DNA of 64,000 nucleotides from assembly GCA_951406725.2 (NCBI GenBank), contig OX597815.1:1302001-1366000 (forward strand). The letters are read 5' to 3'. Position numbers and translations under genes: made by a program. Below, piece after piece: positions 24,249 to 37,905 of this stretch. The first letter of the stretch is position 1, and every line of letters starts with the position of its first letter. Source of the stretch: Octopus vulgaris (taxonomy: Eukaryota). Under the pieces are notes generated by a model. The model searched no databases. It was not told the DNA's origin and saw only the letters and a program-made list of their open reading frames with translations.

Positions 24249-24940
24249 TTATTCACATTCATAGCAATCCTAGTTGCTCACCGTCAACTATAAAAAGACT
24301 ATTATTCAGCTTATCAAACTTTGAGATGGGGAAGGCCTACAACCTTTAACACCAATAAACTATTATTATTCCAGAAAGCTGGTTTTTATGCTGACCACGG
24401 ACTGCTCAAAACTTCCTAATGTCCTACACCTGAATCCTTGGATCATCACCATCTAACGTCCATTTTCCTTGCCAGAATAGATTGGATGGTTTCACTGAAA
24501 ACTGCTGCACCAGTTTCCAGTCTAATTTGGCCTGGTTTTTATGGCTGGATGCCATTCCTAATGCCAACCACTCCAAGAGTGTAATAGATGCCTTTTATGT
24601 GCCACCAACATGGGTGCCAGTTATGAAACACCAGCATTGGCTACCGCTACGATATCACTTGGCTTGATGGGTCTTATTCTCAAGCACAGCATATTACCAA
24701 AGGTCTCGGCCACTGGTCATTGCCTTCATGAGGCCCAAAGTTCAAAGGGTGCATTTTATGTGAAAACATTGCCAAACTCCTTCCCAAAACCCAATCTTCT
24801 TCTTCTTCTTCAGAACCAACAAATGCTTTCTTTCTTGTTTAGTTGTTAGCATATGTGTAGGTGTGGATGTATCAGTAACATCATCCCCCAAGATACAGCT
24901 GGTACTAGGATGGCAATGTTAAACTTTGCACTTATATATA

Positions 24941-25327
24941 CTCTCTTTTTACTTTTTTACTTGTTTCAGTCATTTGACTCTGGCCATGCTGGAGCACCGC
25001 CTTTAGTCGAGCAAATCGACCCCGGGACTTATTCTTTGTAAGCCCAGTACTTATTCTATCGGTCTCTTTTTGCCGAACCGCTAAGTGACGGGGAGATAAA
25101 CACACCAGCATCGGTTGTCAAGCAATGCTAGGGGGACACACACACTTATATATATATACATATATACGACAGGCTTCTTTCAGTTTCCGTCTACCAAATC
25201 CACTCACAAGGCATTGGTCAGCCCGGGGCTCTAGCAGAAGACACTTGCCCAAGATGCCACGCAGTGGGACTGAACCCGGAACCATGTGGTTGGTTAGCAA
25301 GCTACTTACCACACAGCCACTCCTGCG
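24941..25327 (-). mobile_element. tRNA-derived SINE, family A
   Basis: Reverse complement of 116-518. Confidence 0.9.
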
Positions 25328-26406
25328 CTGTGTATTTACATATGTCTATTTATGTGTGTGTGTGCATCATCATCATCGTCCTCATCATTTAATGTCCTCC
25401 CACCATGCTGGCATGGGTTGGACAGTTTGGCATGAGCTGGCCAGGCAGAAGACGGCACTGAGCCCTGCTGCCTGATTTGATAGGGTTTCTATGGCTGGAT
25501 GCTCTTCTTTGCACCAACCATTTCACCGGGTGCCACTGCGCTGTGGGTTTTTTTTTTTTTGTGGCACCACCAAATAACTTGACACCTCTGCACGAAGGGT
25601 GAGAAGTATTGAGGGTTAGGGTTCGAGTCAGGTGATGAGAAGTTAGGATATAAATTAGGGGACAGAAATTGGTGTCTTGCAGTAAGAAGAGATACAGGAG
25701 CTGCTTTGGTGGGGAGAGAGAGAGAAGAAATAGGGGACATGTGATTGGTGGTGAGGGGGGGGAAGGTGCATATAAGTAGAACCGAAGATTGGAAAGGGTG
25801 AGTGGGTGGGTAAGTTCATGAGACTGTGAAAGGAGAGTGGGAGATGGAGGAGAGGTGAGTGGTTGAAGTGGGGGGGGGGTGTTAAGGGGAAGCGATTCAG
25901 TAGGGACATGTTGTGTGCAGGTAGGTTTGAAGGGGGTGTGACAGACAGAGGGGAAGGAGGCAGTGTTAGATGTTAGGAAGATAGGTTGTAAAGAAGGGGT
26001 TTTTCAGGGACCAATTTTGTGCAGGCAATGGGTGTGAGGTGGGGGCGGACATAAAGGGCATGCTTTTATGGCCCCTGTTTTCCTTGGCTGGATGGGATCT
26101 TCTCAAACACAGTAAATTGCTAATCCCCGTGGTCCTTTATCATCTCCTCTGCAAGACTCAACATCTGAAAATCATTCCTCTCCTGTCTTCCTCTCCCAGA
26201 ATCAGGGATCATCACTTCCTTATGCAGCTACCCTCCTCCCTACGCATCACACGACCATTCCACTGTAGTCTTCTCTTTTGCACACTACATGTCATACTTC
26301 TTACATTATAATAATAATAATAATAATATTCATACAATCCTGAATATTAAATATTTCAGAAATAAGAGTTGAAATTAGTTTTATTTTATTTTATTTTCTG
26401 TTTCAG

Positions 26407-26580
26407 AAGAACCGAGTATTCCAAGTGAGATTAAAAAAGTCAGAATCTGGCAATTATGGTTTCAGTCTGGTGCCAGCTTTCCACCACAATAACTATAGCA
26501 GACTTGTTATTAAGGCAATCTCAGAAAGTGGTGTAGCAGCGCAAGATGGAAATCTTCGTGTTGGTGACTACCTTTTACAG
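26407..26580 (+). CDS. PTPN13: PTPN13-like exon, 3rd PDZ (FQVRLKKSESGNYGFSLV...VAAQDGNLRVGDYLLQ)
   Basis: ctgtttcag acceptor, CAG|gtattt donor; phase 0-0; PDZ signature. Confidence 0.9.
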
Positions 26581-28506
26581 GTATTTCTTCCTCTCTCTCT
26601 TTAGAAGCAAAGACTCTTTGTCATCATTAATTCTTTTTGTCATCACCACCTCCACCATTTTCCATTTGGAAGCTATTACTGGCGGCGAGCTGGCAGAATC
26701 GTTAGCACGCTGGGCGAAATGCTTAGCGGTATTTCATCTGTCGTTACGTTCTGAGATCAAATTCCGCTGAGGTCGACTTTGCCTTTCATCCTTTCAGGGT
26801 CGATAAATAAGGTACTAGTTACGCACTGGGGTCGATATAATCAACTTAATCCGTCCCCTCTATGTTTAGCCCCTTGTGGGTAGTAAAGAAATAGGTATTT
26901 CGTCTGCTGCTACATTCTGAGTTCAAATTCCGCTGAGGTTGACTTTGCCTTTCATCCTTTCAGGGCCAATAAATTAAGTACCAGTTGAGCACTGGGGTCG
27001 ATGTAATTGACTTAATCCCTTTGTCTGTCCTTGTTTGTCCCCTCTATGTTTAGCCCCTTGTGGGCAGTAAAAAATATATTACTTCTTAATGTAAACATAG
27101 CTTGCCAATGTCTTTGCTATGATATCACCAGAAGTCCCAAGTCATCCCCACATGGGCAGTTTGGGCTGTCCATGTCCACTGTAATTCCATGCAAACCCTC
27201 ATCTTTCTACAATTTGGCTGAACTACATCTTGTGTTTTTCTTTACCTTTTCAAATTAATCAAAGCAGACAAGATCGAGGCCCCTGGCTGGTCTCAGGCTG
27301 TGAGATCAACTTGCAGTTTGTAAGAATACTAGCCTTGAGTGAGGCAGCTCTATTCTTGGAGATGAAAGACCAGAGCAGAACAAGTTTCTGGCTATTATCA
27401 TCTAATATCCGTTCTCCATGCTGGCATGGGTTGGACGGTTTGACTAGAGCTGGCCCACTGGAGAGCTGCACCAGGTCCCAGTCCGATTTGGCTTGGGTTC
27501 TACGGCTGAATGCCCTTCTTAACACCAACCACTTTACAGAGTGTTCTGGGTGCTTTTTATGTGGCTTCAGGGAGAGCAGCCTTAACATTTCTACTGTGGA
27601 ATATGGGTCTTCTTGAGCATAGCAAGGCACCAGGTATCTTGGTCCTTTGCCATCTTGTCTGAAAGGCTCAATGTCTTCAGTTTTTGATCTCCAACTTAAA
27701 ATGTAGAGCTTCTATTATAACACAAAATACTGCATTTTTTTGCGTTGGAGCCATGTTGCATAAAAGCACCAGTCCGCTGGCCATTTGTGGCACCAGTGCC
27801 TGAATAGACACTGACATTCTCCATGTTGTTCATGGGAGATTTGGCTGTTATGCTACTACTGGATATCTATCACTGAGGAACCCAGAGCAGGATGAAATGA
27901 CCTGATCTAGCAACGCTAGCAGACAGTTCTCGTCTGTCAACAGTATAATTACAAGTGCTTTTACGCACCACAAATCCTTGTGAAAGATTCTCTCAAAGTA
28001 AATCATGCAGTCTTCTCTTTTCTAATCCAACCTCCACATTAAGATGGAGATCAAAATTATTTCTTCATCATCATCGTTTAACGTCCGCTTTCCATGGATT
28101 GGACGATTTGACTGAGGTCTGGCAAACCAGATGGCTGCACCAGACTCCAGTCTGATCTGGCAGAGTTTCTACAGCTGGATGCCCTTCCTAATGCCAACCA
28201 CTCCGAGAGTGTAGTGGGTGCTTTTATGTGCCACCGACACAGGGACCAGTCAGGCAGTACTGGCAATGGCCACGCTCAAATGGTGCTTTTTATGTGCCCC
28301 CTGCACAGGAGCCAGTCCAGCGGCACTGGCAACAACCTCACTCAAATGTTTTTTCACGTGCCAGTAAGCTGACGCAGGTAACGATCACACTCGAATGTTT
28401 GTTGGTGTTAAGACTGCTTCTGTTGCTATTATTCTATAAAAACATTCTTCTTCTTATTATTATTATTATCGTCTAAATTTGTCTCTGTTCTGTTTATTAA
28501 CGACAG

Positions 28507-28601
28507 GTCAATGGTAGGTGTGTGATAGGGTTCAGTGTGAAAAAGGTTGTCAGCCTTCTCAAGAAACAGTCAGCTGCTACACTCACCTTAACGGTGCATA
28601 G
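28507..28601 (+). CDS. PTPN13: PTPN13-like exon, end of 3rd PDZ (VNGRCVIGFSVKKVVSLLK)
   Basis: acgacag acceptor, AG|gtaagt donor; phase 0-2. Confidence 0.9.
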
Positions 28602-30183
28602 GTAAGTTGATTATATTTGGGCTGGTTTAGCTGCCAAGTAAGCTTTCATCCAACAGATAAAACTACGATCAAAGACATTCCAGCTGTGGTCATCCTGTCT
28701 TCTATCTGTACATTTTCCAAAGTATTTTTCTTAAAAACAGTGGGCTACTATTTCTAGCAGACTGACTTACTCCATAGAGGTTTTCGCTGCTACGTTTATC
28801 ATCACTAAACCGCTGTGTATAAACTGGTGGGATTTGAAGCGACATAGTTGTACAAACCATTTAGTCAGGCATTCCACCATTTCTTCCACCGGCTGTTCTA
28901 CAGCAACAATCATCATCTGTCCCTGTTCCAGACTGGCATAGGTTGGTCATTATCACCAGAACGCTTTGGTATTGCAACTAACTCCAGCCACCCACACACT
29001 GGTGCTCAACTCAGTCATTTGGTTTGCGGGTTTCTACGACTGGATGCTTTTCTTGTCACCATGTTATTGACAGCCTCAACTGGGTAATAATGATCCTTTC
29101 TGTTATAGGCACAAGACCTGAGATTTTGGGAGAGGAGTCTAGACAATTACTTTGACCCCAGTGCCCTACTGGTACTCATCAACCCTGAAAGGCTCCTTAA
29201 TAATAATAACTGCCCTGATGCAGTACCAGGCAGTGGCTCTCATGGCTTCTGATCTTAACTGATTGGAAGTGTTATGTCCATTGTTTTGTCTTGGTATAGA
29301 AGATGGGCTACAGCAAATATTCTGCTCAATACCACAGATTTGCTTGTCAGTTGTTAGACCGTAACCAGTTGAGCATGTCCCTTAGTGGCTGACGATATGT
29401 GCATCTCTGATCACGAGCAGAAGTGGTGGGGGAGCATCATAGCCATGTGTTGAGAGGGATTATTTGGGGTTTGGATAATTCACCTTTGGAAACATAGGTG
29501 TTTCATTCAATATCCTTAAACAACCCTTATTCAGGGACCTTTTGAGCAGGATGGGTTACTTGACTAGAATAAAATTCTAACTGGGCCCCACCTGCAAGGT
29601 CATGTGCTGTTTATCTTAATATGAGATCACCATGTTGTGCACATATGGTTGTGATGCATGTGCCTGGTGTACCCTTATCAGACGGGTAGTCATGATGGGT
29701 ATATTGGGCTTCGTATATTTTATCCCAGTGTCACTTTGATGGCATGCACTGCTCTCTCACTCAATAATAATGATAATAATAATAGTAATAATATAGTTTC
29801 AAATTTTGGCACAAGGCCAGCAAGTTCTGGGTTGGGGATAAGTCAATGGCATCAACCCCGGTGTATGACTGGTACTTATTTTATCACCCCTCCCCCAAGG
29901 GCAAATAACAGTGCCTACCTCTGTTATTCTATGTGTGGATGTAGTAATTCTAAAGATTGCTTCAAATCAATATTTATCTGAATATTTCACTATTTAATGA
30001 GGAATCTTTTACAATTTAATGGTTTCCCATTCTTTTAGAAAACTCTAGAAAAATGGACATTGAATGATGATAATATCTTCCTCATGTTTGTTCTTAAAGA
30101 AATTAATTTTAAAAATAGAAAAAATACATTTAATGTTTGTTTATCTTCATATCTTTTATTATTCTGTAAATTCTGTGTTTTAG

Positions 30184-30541
30184 ATTGAAGTGTAGTGATG
30201 ACTGTTGCTTCAAAGAGTTGGTAAAACCTGTGAAAAACACATCTGTGGAATCTTCTTCCAATGTTGGTAACTGTTCTTCTGATGATAAAACAGAAGTTGT
30301 ACAAGAAAATCTAAACGTGAGTCGCAGACAACAGTGCCTGGGTTCATTAAAGAATGGATGTCAAATCAATAATCAGAATAGCATTAAAGACCAGTTGGAT
30401 AAACTGACGGATGATTTGACCTGGCTGTGGCAGATACCACTGGTCAAAGTAGCCCAGAGAGTGGACAGTAAAGTGTTGTTGGAAACACAAATTTATTTGC
30501 TTGAAGCTTTGGAAAACAACAAATATAAAAATGAGTTCCAA
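30184..30541 (+). CDS. PTPN13: PTPN13-like exon preceding PTP domain (...LEALENNKYKNEFQ)
   Basis: tgtgttttag acceptor, CAA|gtaagt donor; phase 2-0. Confidence 0.85.
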
Positions 30542-31057
30542 GTAAGTTGTGGGTGAGATTTATTTTAGAATATTTGTGTGTGTGTGCCTGCCTACCTGTC
30601 TGTCTGTCTCTCTTTTTACAAGTCCTCTAGCCACCTCTGCCCCCTTAATTCTCCATTTCTTTCCCCCACCCACTTATTCAATCTCCATTTCATAGTCTTA
30701 CTCTGGTGGTCACTTTGGACTAACAACCATTTAGTGTAATTTCTAACAACTGACAGATGTGAATTTCTCCACAGTTCATCTCAATCATTCTCAGCCACAG
30801 TCCATAGAATCCTTGCGGGTCCATAGAAGAAGATTTTGGTAAAATTTATCTGCAATAAATTGGTTCTACTTCTAAAGTAAACAGAATATTTTAAAGTTTT
30901 TTTTTTGTACAATTCCCAATATTTAATTCTGAAAATATATTAAAAGGATTTTGAAATCATTGAATGGTTATGAGGGTCCACCTGAGTAAAATAGGAATAA
31001 AAGGGTGTCCATAGGTGAAAAAAAAAAAAGGGTGGGGTTGAGAACCACTGACATTAA

Positions 31058-31280
31058 CCCTTTCGTTACCAACCCGGCTGAAACTGGCTCTGGCTTTGAG
31101 TACAAATGTTTTGTTTTCACAAGTTCTGAATTAAAATCTTCCACCAAACCTTAGTCACAATCTATGTTCCTAACACTAGCTTAATGATAATAACTAAGTT
31201 AATTTACTAAATTCTCTGTTATATTTAAAGTAATTGAAAGAAACTCAGAGCATCTCAACAGAAATACAGTAACGAAAGAG
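31058..31280. mobile_element. piggyBac-type MITE (TTAA-flanked); copies at 40837-41059 and 41934-42153
   Basis: TTAA|CCCTTTCGTTAC ... GTAACGAAAG(A/G)G|TTAA; three ~220-bp similar copies. Confidence 0.8.
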
Positions 31281-31708
31281 TTAAGACACTGCCATTGAAA
31301 TATCTGGTGGACAGACATTCTAAGAACTCTGTTGGTTAAAATTCTTGGTGAGACCAAAATAAAAACGATCTCAGAAGAGAATTTGTAAAGTTTCTGTTTG
31401 CTATATTTCTTGAGGTTATTCATTTATGATGTTCCATACCAGTAATTACTTTGGACAACAATACAGAGCTGTGTGGCTTGGTAAAACATCTACTCAGGTA
31501 TTTCAAATGATGACATTAGATTCATGAACACCTGTGAAATGTTTATCGGAGAATATAAAACAACAAAACCATTCCAAAGCAGATAATGGAGCTTAGCATG
31601 GTTGGAGGTGTGTTTGCCACTTCCTGTTGAATTATCCAAACTTTGCCAACATTGAAAATAGATGTTAAATGCAGTTACTGATGATGATGATGACAAACAA
31701 CAACCCAC

Positions 31709-32150
31709 ATGGTTCTTGGTCTCAAGAATTTGTCTTATGAAGAAAGGCTGAAGACGCTCGACCTTTATTCTCTAGAAAAACGACAACGCCGTGGAGATCT
31801 CATTCTTGCTCACAATATCATAAGCAGAAAGTGTAACCTCTCGAAAGAGCTGTTCTTCACTCCTGCTCCAGAGCGTCAGCTGCAGGGTCATTCCGAAAAG
31901 CTCTGTCTGCGACGATTTCATCTCAATCGAAGGAGAGGGGCTTTCTCCGTCCGGGTTGCGGATCCGTGGAATAAGCTGCCGGACGAGATGGTAAAGATGC
32001 CGACAACCGCTCGGTTCAAAGTCTCTCTTGACCTCAAGTGGCCTGAACTCTTTACATGAACACCACCCTGTACATAACTCCATGTCCCCCTACATGTCCT
32101 TGCTTTTTGCTTTTTGAGCCAATAAATTAACTAACTAACTAACAACTAAT
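31709..32150 (+). mobile_element. CR1-group LINE 3' end
   Basis: LSYEERLKTLDLYSLEKRQRRGDLI...GHSEKL...FSVRVADPWNKLP, then AATAAA and (AACT)n tail. Confidence 0.85.
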
Positions 32151-32296
32151 ATTTTTACAAGATGTAAATTAAAAAACAGTTTATCTTTTCTTGAATTCAA
32201 AAGCATTTTTGAACGAGAAACAGTTGTGTATAATTAAATTGCTGAATTGTTCATTAGCCATACATTAACGAACTGTTGTCATTTTTGTTCTTGCAG

Positions 32297-32390
32297 TCCT
32301 TGAAACAAGTAAAACCTTCCAACAGTTCTTCCAAAGTTGCTCACTTAGAACAGAACCGAAGTAAAAATCGATTCCACAATATTGTACCAT
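32297..32390 (+). CDS. PTPN13: PTP domain exon 1 (NRSKNRFHNIVP)
   Basis: ttcttgcag acceptor, T|gtaagt donor; phase 0-1; KNRY-like motif. Confidence 0.9.
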
Positions 32391-32419
32391 GTAAGTACTG
32401 GTGGTGGTGGTGGTTACAC

Positions 32420-32452
<33 letters not shown>

Positions 32453-32672
32453 TTAAAAGTGGAGCAGGATTCAGCTGTCGGTCTTCTTGTTTGCCACAGT
32501 CTTCAAGGCCGTAACAGTGGAGTGTGAGACTGGATACCTGTGAGAACTTCATTGTGCTCATCTTGTTCTTATACCTGAATCTCTGCAGTACTATTAGAGA
32601 AAAAATTGTAGCCATGGAAACAAAAAACTTGGAACAAAGTGTTAACATAGCAAAGAACAAATTTTTAATAAG

Positions 32673-33071
32673 AAGGCGCAGGAGTGGCTGTGTGGTAAGT
32701 AGCTTGTCTACCAACCACATGGTTCCGGGTTCAGTCCCACTGCGTGACACCTTGGGTAAGTGTCTTCTACTATAGCCTCGGGCCGACCAAAGCCTTGTGA
32801 GTGGATTTGGTAGACGGAAACTGAAAGAAGCCCGTCGTATATATGTATATATATGCGTGTGTGTGTTTGTGTGTCTGTGTTTGTCCCCCTAGCATTGCTT
32901 GACAACCGATGCTGGTGTGTTTACGTCCCCGTTACTTAGCAGTTCGGCAAAAAGAGACCGATAGAATAAGTACTGGGCTTACAAAAGAATAAGTCCCAGG
33001 GTCGAGTTGTTCGATTAAAGGCGGTGCTCCAGCATGGCCGCAGTCAAATGACTGAAACAAGTAAAAGAGTA
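32673..33071 (+). mobile_element. tRNA-derived SINE, family A
   Basis: Near-identical to 116-518. Confidence 0.9.
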
Positions 33072-33670
33072 AGAATTGAAAATGACAGAACCTTGCCATC
33101 ATCAAAGAAATTGCCTTGTTTGGTGTGTAGCAACTTCCCAGAAATATCCCCAAAAGAGATACTTCCGGGCAGTTTCTGTTACCTAGGTAATCTAAAGGTG
33201 GTGAGCTGGCAGAAACATTAGTCTGCATTCTGAGTCCAAATTCCACCGAGGTTGACTTTGCCTTTCATCCTTTTCGGGGTTGATAAATTAAGTACCAGTT
33301 ACGCATTGGGGTCGATGTAATTGACTTAATCCGTTTGTCTATCCTTGTGGGCAATATATAAAAAAAAAAATCTAATTAGCAATGGTTGAGGATATTCTGA
33401 GAGTAACCAGAAACTGGAGGGTTTTTAGACAACTTCTCTGTTGGTAAGAAAAGGTTTCTCTTGGACTTTGTGATGCTTGGATATGAACAGCAGTGCCAAG
33501 TGTCGAAGAGAGCCAAGATAGGCATTTGTTATTGAGTCGGAACTCGATCCTCATCACTGTGTCTGCAACCAAGTAGTTTTAGCAACAGTTTTTAATGTTA
33601 AATTCTTGAATAATCTGAAATACTTAAACAGATTTTTGTATAAAGACTTTCCTTGTTTTCTTGACCGTAG

Positions 33671-33929
33671 ATGATAAGTGCCGTGTAATATTGTCTGGTT
33701 CTTCCAAATACATCAATGCCAGTCATGTCGATATCGATGTTTCTACCAGCCTACTGAAATATGTTGCTTGCCAAACGCCACTTCGTCAAACAGTTTCTGA
33801 TTTCTGGAGAATGGTCTGGGAAAAGCAGGCTGGTATGATAATAACCATGAACCATGAGGTTGAATTTGATGCTAAGAACGGGTTTCAAAATTGGTTAGAT
33901 TCAGAGAATAAATCATTTAATAAGGCACA
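33671..33929 (+). CDS. PTPN13: PTP domain exon 2 (YDKCRVIL, YINAS, YVACQTP, DFWRMVWE)
   Basis: Acceptor ccgtag, CA|gtaaga donor; phase 1-2; classical PTP motifs 2-5. Confidence 0.92.
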
Positions 33930-34909
33930 GTAAGAACTGTTTCTGAATTTCTGAACTTTTGGTAAGACAATTCTTTGGTGATGGGTCTGGTACTGGTTTT
34001 GGTGAACCTTCTGGATTTTGAAATTTTAATTTTACATGTTGCATTAGGTTTGGACTTTGGTTTATTTTATTTTGCTACAACACACACACACACACACACC
34101 ATAAGTGCAAGAATGGCTGTGAGGTTAAGAAGTTTGCTTCACAACCACATGGTCTCAGGTTCAGTTCCATAGCATAGCACCTTGGGTGTCTTCTGTTCTA
34201 GCTCCAGGCCAGCCAAAGCTTTATAAGTGAATTTGCAGAAACTGAAAGCAGCCTGTATATGTATGGGTTTGTGTGTGTGCATCTCCTTCTCTTGCTATTC
34301 TGCACTAATTCTAAACAAAATCACTGTTTATACAAAAATGATGTCATTTTCTACAATCTTCCTAGAAAGCATCTCCAGCCATTGTGTTGTTCTTGTAAGA
34401 ACTGAGAGAAATATTTCCTTTCTTCAAAAGAGCTGAAAGTTGGTGACAGGAAGAACATCTGGCCATAGAATATCTGCTTAAATAATTTCATCTGACCCAT
34501 GCAAGCATAGAAAAGTAGATGTTAAAACTATGAAGATGATTAATGTTAATAAAAGAACCTCGGCTTCAAATTAATCTATAAACTCTACTCCCTCTCTTTA
34601 TATATATATATATATATATATCATCATCATCATCATCATTGTTTAAAGTCCGCTTTCCATGTTGGCATGGGTTGGACAGTTTGACTGAGGACTGGTGAGC
34701 CAGATGGCTGCACCAGGCTCCAATCTGATCTGGCAGAGTTTCTACAGCTGGATGCCCTTCCTAATGCCAACCACTCCAAGAGTGTAGTGGGTGCTTTTTA
34801 CGTGCCAATCAAGCAGCACTGTCATTGGCCACATATCTCTATCAATATTTATATCTATATAGATATCAATATGTATATATATGCATGTATGTATATGTGT
34901 GTGTATATG

Positions 34910-37018
34910 AATGGAAGAAAGAGAGACTGCCGAATGTCGACCCAACAGAGGGACCAGCTATCCGAATTGACAGTACCTTGGTAGATAAAGCAATTAAGAC
35001 AGGGGAAGCCCCCGGCCTATCAGGAATCACCGCAGAGATGCTCAAAATATCTGGCGGTGTTGGCTATAACCTAGTCACCCGTATAGTTTATCAGGTGATA
35101 CATGAAGGAGTCATACCAATGACTGGTGTGGTAGCACCATAATCAACAGCTACAAAGGTAAAGGTAACACTTTAGATATAAATAATTACAGAAGTATCAA
35201 GCTGTTGGTTCAGGTAATGAAGGTCACAGAGAGGGTCATAGCCCAACTAATTAGGAAGAGAGTCTAGATGAGATGCAGTTTCGGTTCGTACCAGGGAAAA
35301 GCACCACTGATGCCATATTTCTGGTAAGACACCTGCAGGAGAAATACCTAGCCAAAGATAAATCTCTGAACCTGGCTTTCGTTGACATGGAGAAAGCCTT
35401 TGACAGGGACCCCCGATCCCTTATCTGGTGGTCAATAAGGAAACTAGGGATAGATGAATGGTTAGTGAGAGCTGTGCAAGCCATGTACAGGGACACTGTC
35501 AGTAAGGTGAGGGTTAGCAGCAAGTACAGTGAAGAATTCCAGGTAGAGGTAGGGATCCACCAAGGTTCAGTCCTCAGCCCCCTCCTATTTATCATAGTCC
35601 TCAAGGCAATAACAGAGGAATTCAAGATAGGATGCCCGTGGGAGCTCCTCTACGCTGATGAACTTGTTCTAATTGCTGAGTCACTATCAGAACTGGAAGA
35701 GAGGTTTCAGGTGTGGAAGCAAGGATTAGAATCGAAGGGCCTTAGAGTCAACCTAGCTAAAACCAAAGTCCTAATAAGTAGGAAGGTAGACAAACCACAA
35801 ATCCCTTCAGGTAGATGGCCCTGCTCAATCTGTAGAAAAGGCGTAGGTAGAAACTCTATAAGATGTACCCAGTGTAAGCTATGGACACATAAGAGGTGCA
35901 GCAATGTCAAAGGAAGGCTAACTAGGAAAATAGTTTTTGTATGTGGCAGATGCTCAGGAGCAATAAACACTGAAAATGTGCAGAGACCAACTTCTGCCAC
36001 TTTCCAGGGAGAAAAACTAGAAATAGTTGATAGCTTCCGTTACCTAGGTGACCAAGTCAGTAGCGGGGGTGGGTGTGCTGAAAGTGTAACTGCTAGAGTA
36101 AGAATAGCCTGGGCAAAGTTCAGAGAGCTCTTACCTCTGCTGGTGACAAAAGGCCTCTCGCTCAGAGTAAAAGGCAGACTGTATGACGCAGGTGTATGAA
36201 CAGCCATGCTACATGGCAGTGAAACATGGGCCGTGACTGCTGAGGACATGCATAAGCTTGCAAAGAATGTGTAATGCCAGTATGCATACATGACAGAGTG
36301 TAAGTGCCCTTAGAAATAAGTTGGATTTAAGAAGCATCAGATGTGGTGTGCAAGAGAGACGACTGTGCTGGTATGGTCATGTGATGCATATGGATGAGGA
36401 GAGCTGTGTGAAAAAGTGTCACACCCTAGCGGTTGAGAGAACTTGTGGAAGAGGTAGATCCAGGAAGACCTGGGATGAGGTGGTGAAGCACAATCTTTGA
36501 ACATTGGGCCTCATCAAGGCAATGACTAGTGACCGAGACATTTGGAGATATGCTGTGCTTGAGAAGACCCGGCAAGCCAAGTGAGACCATAACCTGTGGC
36601 CAAAGCCAGTGGTATATAACCAGCCCATTCAACCTGTTGAAGCAAGTGAAATCAAAATTGCTGATGTGGCCGATGACAGTACCACCTGATTGGCACTCGT
36701 GCCAGTGGAACATTAAAAGTGCCATTGACTTGCTCCCATGCCAGTGCCACGGGACTGGCTCCTCATGCATATGGCACGTAAAAAACACCTTTTGAAGGTG
36801 ATCGTTGCCAGTACTGCTTGACTGGGCCTTGTGCTGGTGGCAAGTAAAAGCACCCACTACACTCTTGGAGTGGTTGGCGTTAGGAAGGGCATCCAGCTGT
36901 AGAGACTCTGCCAGGTTAGACAGGAGTCTGGTGCAGCCATCTGGTTAACCAGTCTTCAGTCAAACCATCCAACCCATGCCAGCATAGAAAACGGACGTTA
37001 AACGACAATGATGATGAT
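34910..37018 (+). mobile_element. 5'-truncated, decayed RTE LINE (RT with internal Cys/His finger, (GAT)n tail)
   Basis: KTG.APG.SGITAEMLK, AFVDMEKAFDR, GIHQGSVLSPLLF, LLYADE, FRYLG, GRSRKTW; frameshifts and stops. Confidence 0.92.
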
Positions 37019-37059
37019 ATATATATATATGCGTGCGTGTGTGTATCTATGTGTATATA

Positions 37060-37905
37060 TCATCATCATCATCATTTAGCGTCCCCTTTCCATGCTAGCA
37101 TGGGTTGGATGGTTCAACTGGGGTCTGGGAAGCCAGAAGGCTGCACCAGGCTCCAGTCTGATCTGGCAGTGTTTCTACAGCTGGATGCCCTTCCCAACGC
37201 CAACCACTCTGTGAGTGTAGTGGGTGCTTTTTATGTGCCACCGACACAGGTGCCAGACGAGGCTGGCGAACGGCCACGATTGGATGGTGTTTGTTACGTG
37301 CCCACAGCACGAAGGCCAGTCGATGCGTTACTGGTTACAGCCATGTTCGGATGGCTTTCTTATGTGCCACAAAAATGCAAATTCCATTGATGTTCATCGA
37401 TTTTGATTTGATTTGATTTTCACTTGCCTCAACAGGTTTTGACAAGTAGAGTTATGTGTCCCAAGAAGGAAGGTATGCACAGGTGGACTGACTACGTCCC
37501 AGGTAGGGACCATGGGTTATGGCCTCACGTGTCCTGCCGGGTCTTCTCGCGCACAGCATACTTCGAAATGTCTCGGTCTCTGGTCATTTCCTCGGTGAGA
37601 CCTAAAGCGCGAAGGTCGTTCTTCACCACCTCGTCCCAGGTTTTCCTGGGTCTACTTTTTCCACAGGTTCCCTCAACCGCTAGGGTGTGGCACTTTTTCA
37701 CACAACTATCTTCATCCATTCTTACTACGTGTCCATACCAGCGTAGACGCCTCTCTTGCACACCATATCTGATGCTTCTTAGGTCCAACTTTTCTCTCAA
37801 GGCACTTACACTCTGTCGGGTATGAACACTGACATTACACATCCAACGGAGCATACTGGCTTCATTTCTTGCGAGCTTACGCATATCCTCAGCAGTCACG
37901 GCCCA
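37060..37905 (-). mobile_element. RTE LINE 3' end, same family, inverted relative to 34910-37018
   Basis: WAVTAEDMRKLARNEASMLRWMC...RLRWYGHV...RPRKTW followed by the tail. Confidence 0.9.
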
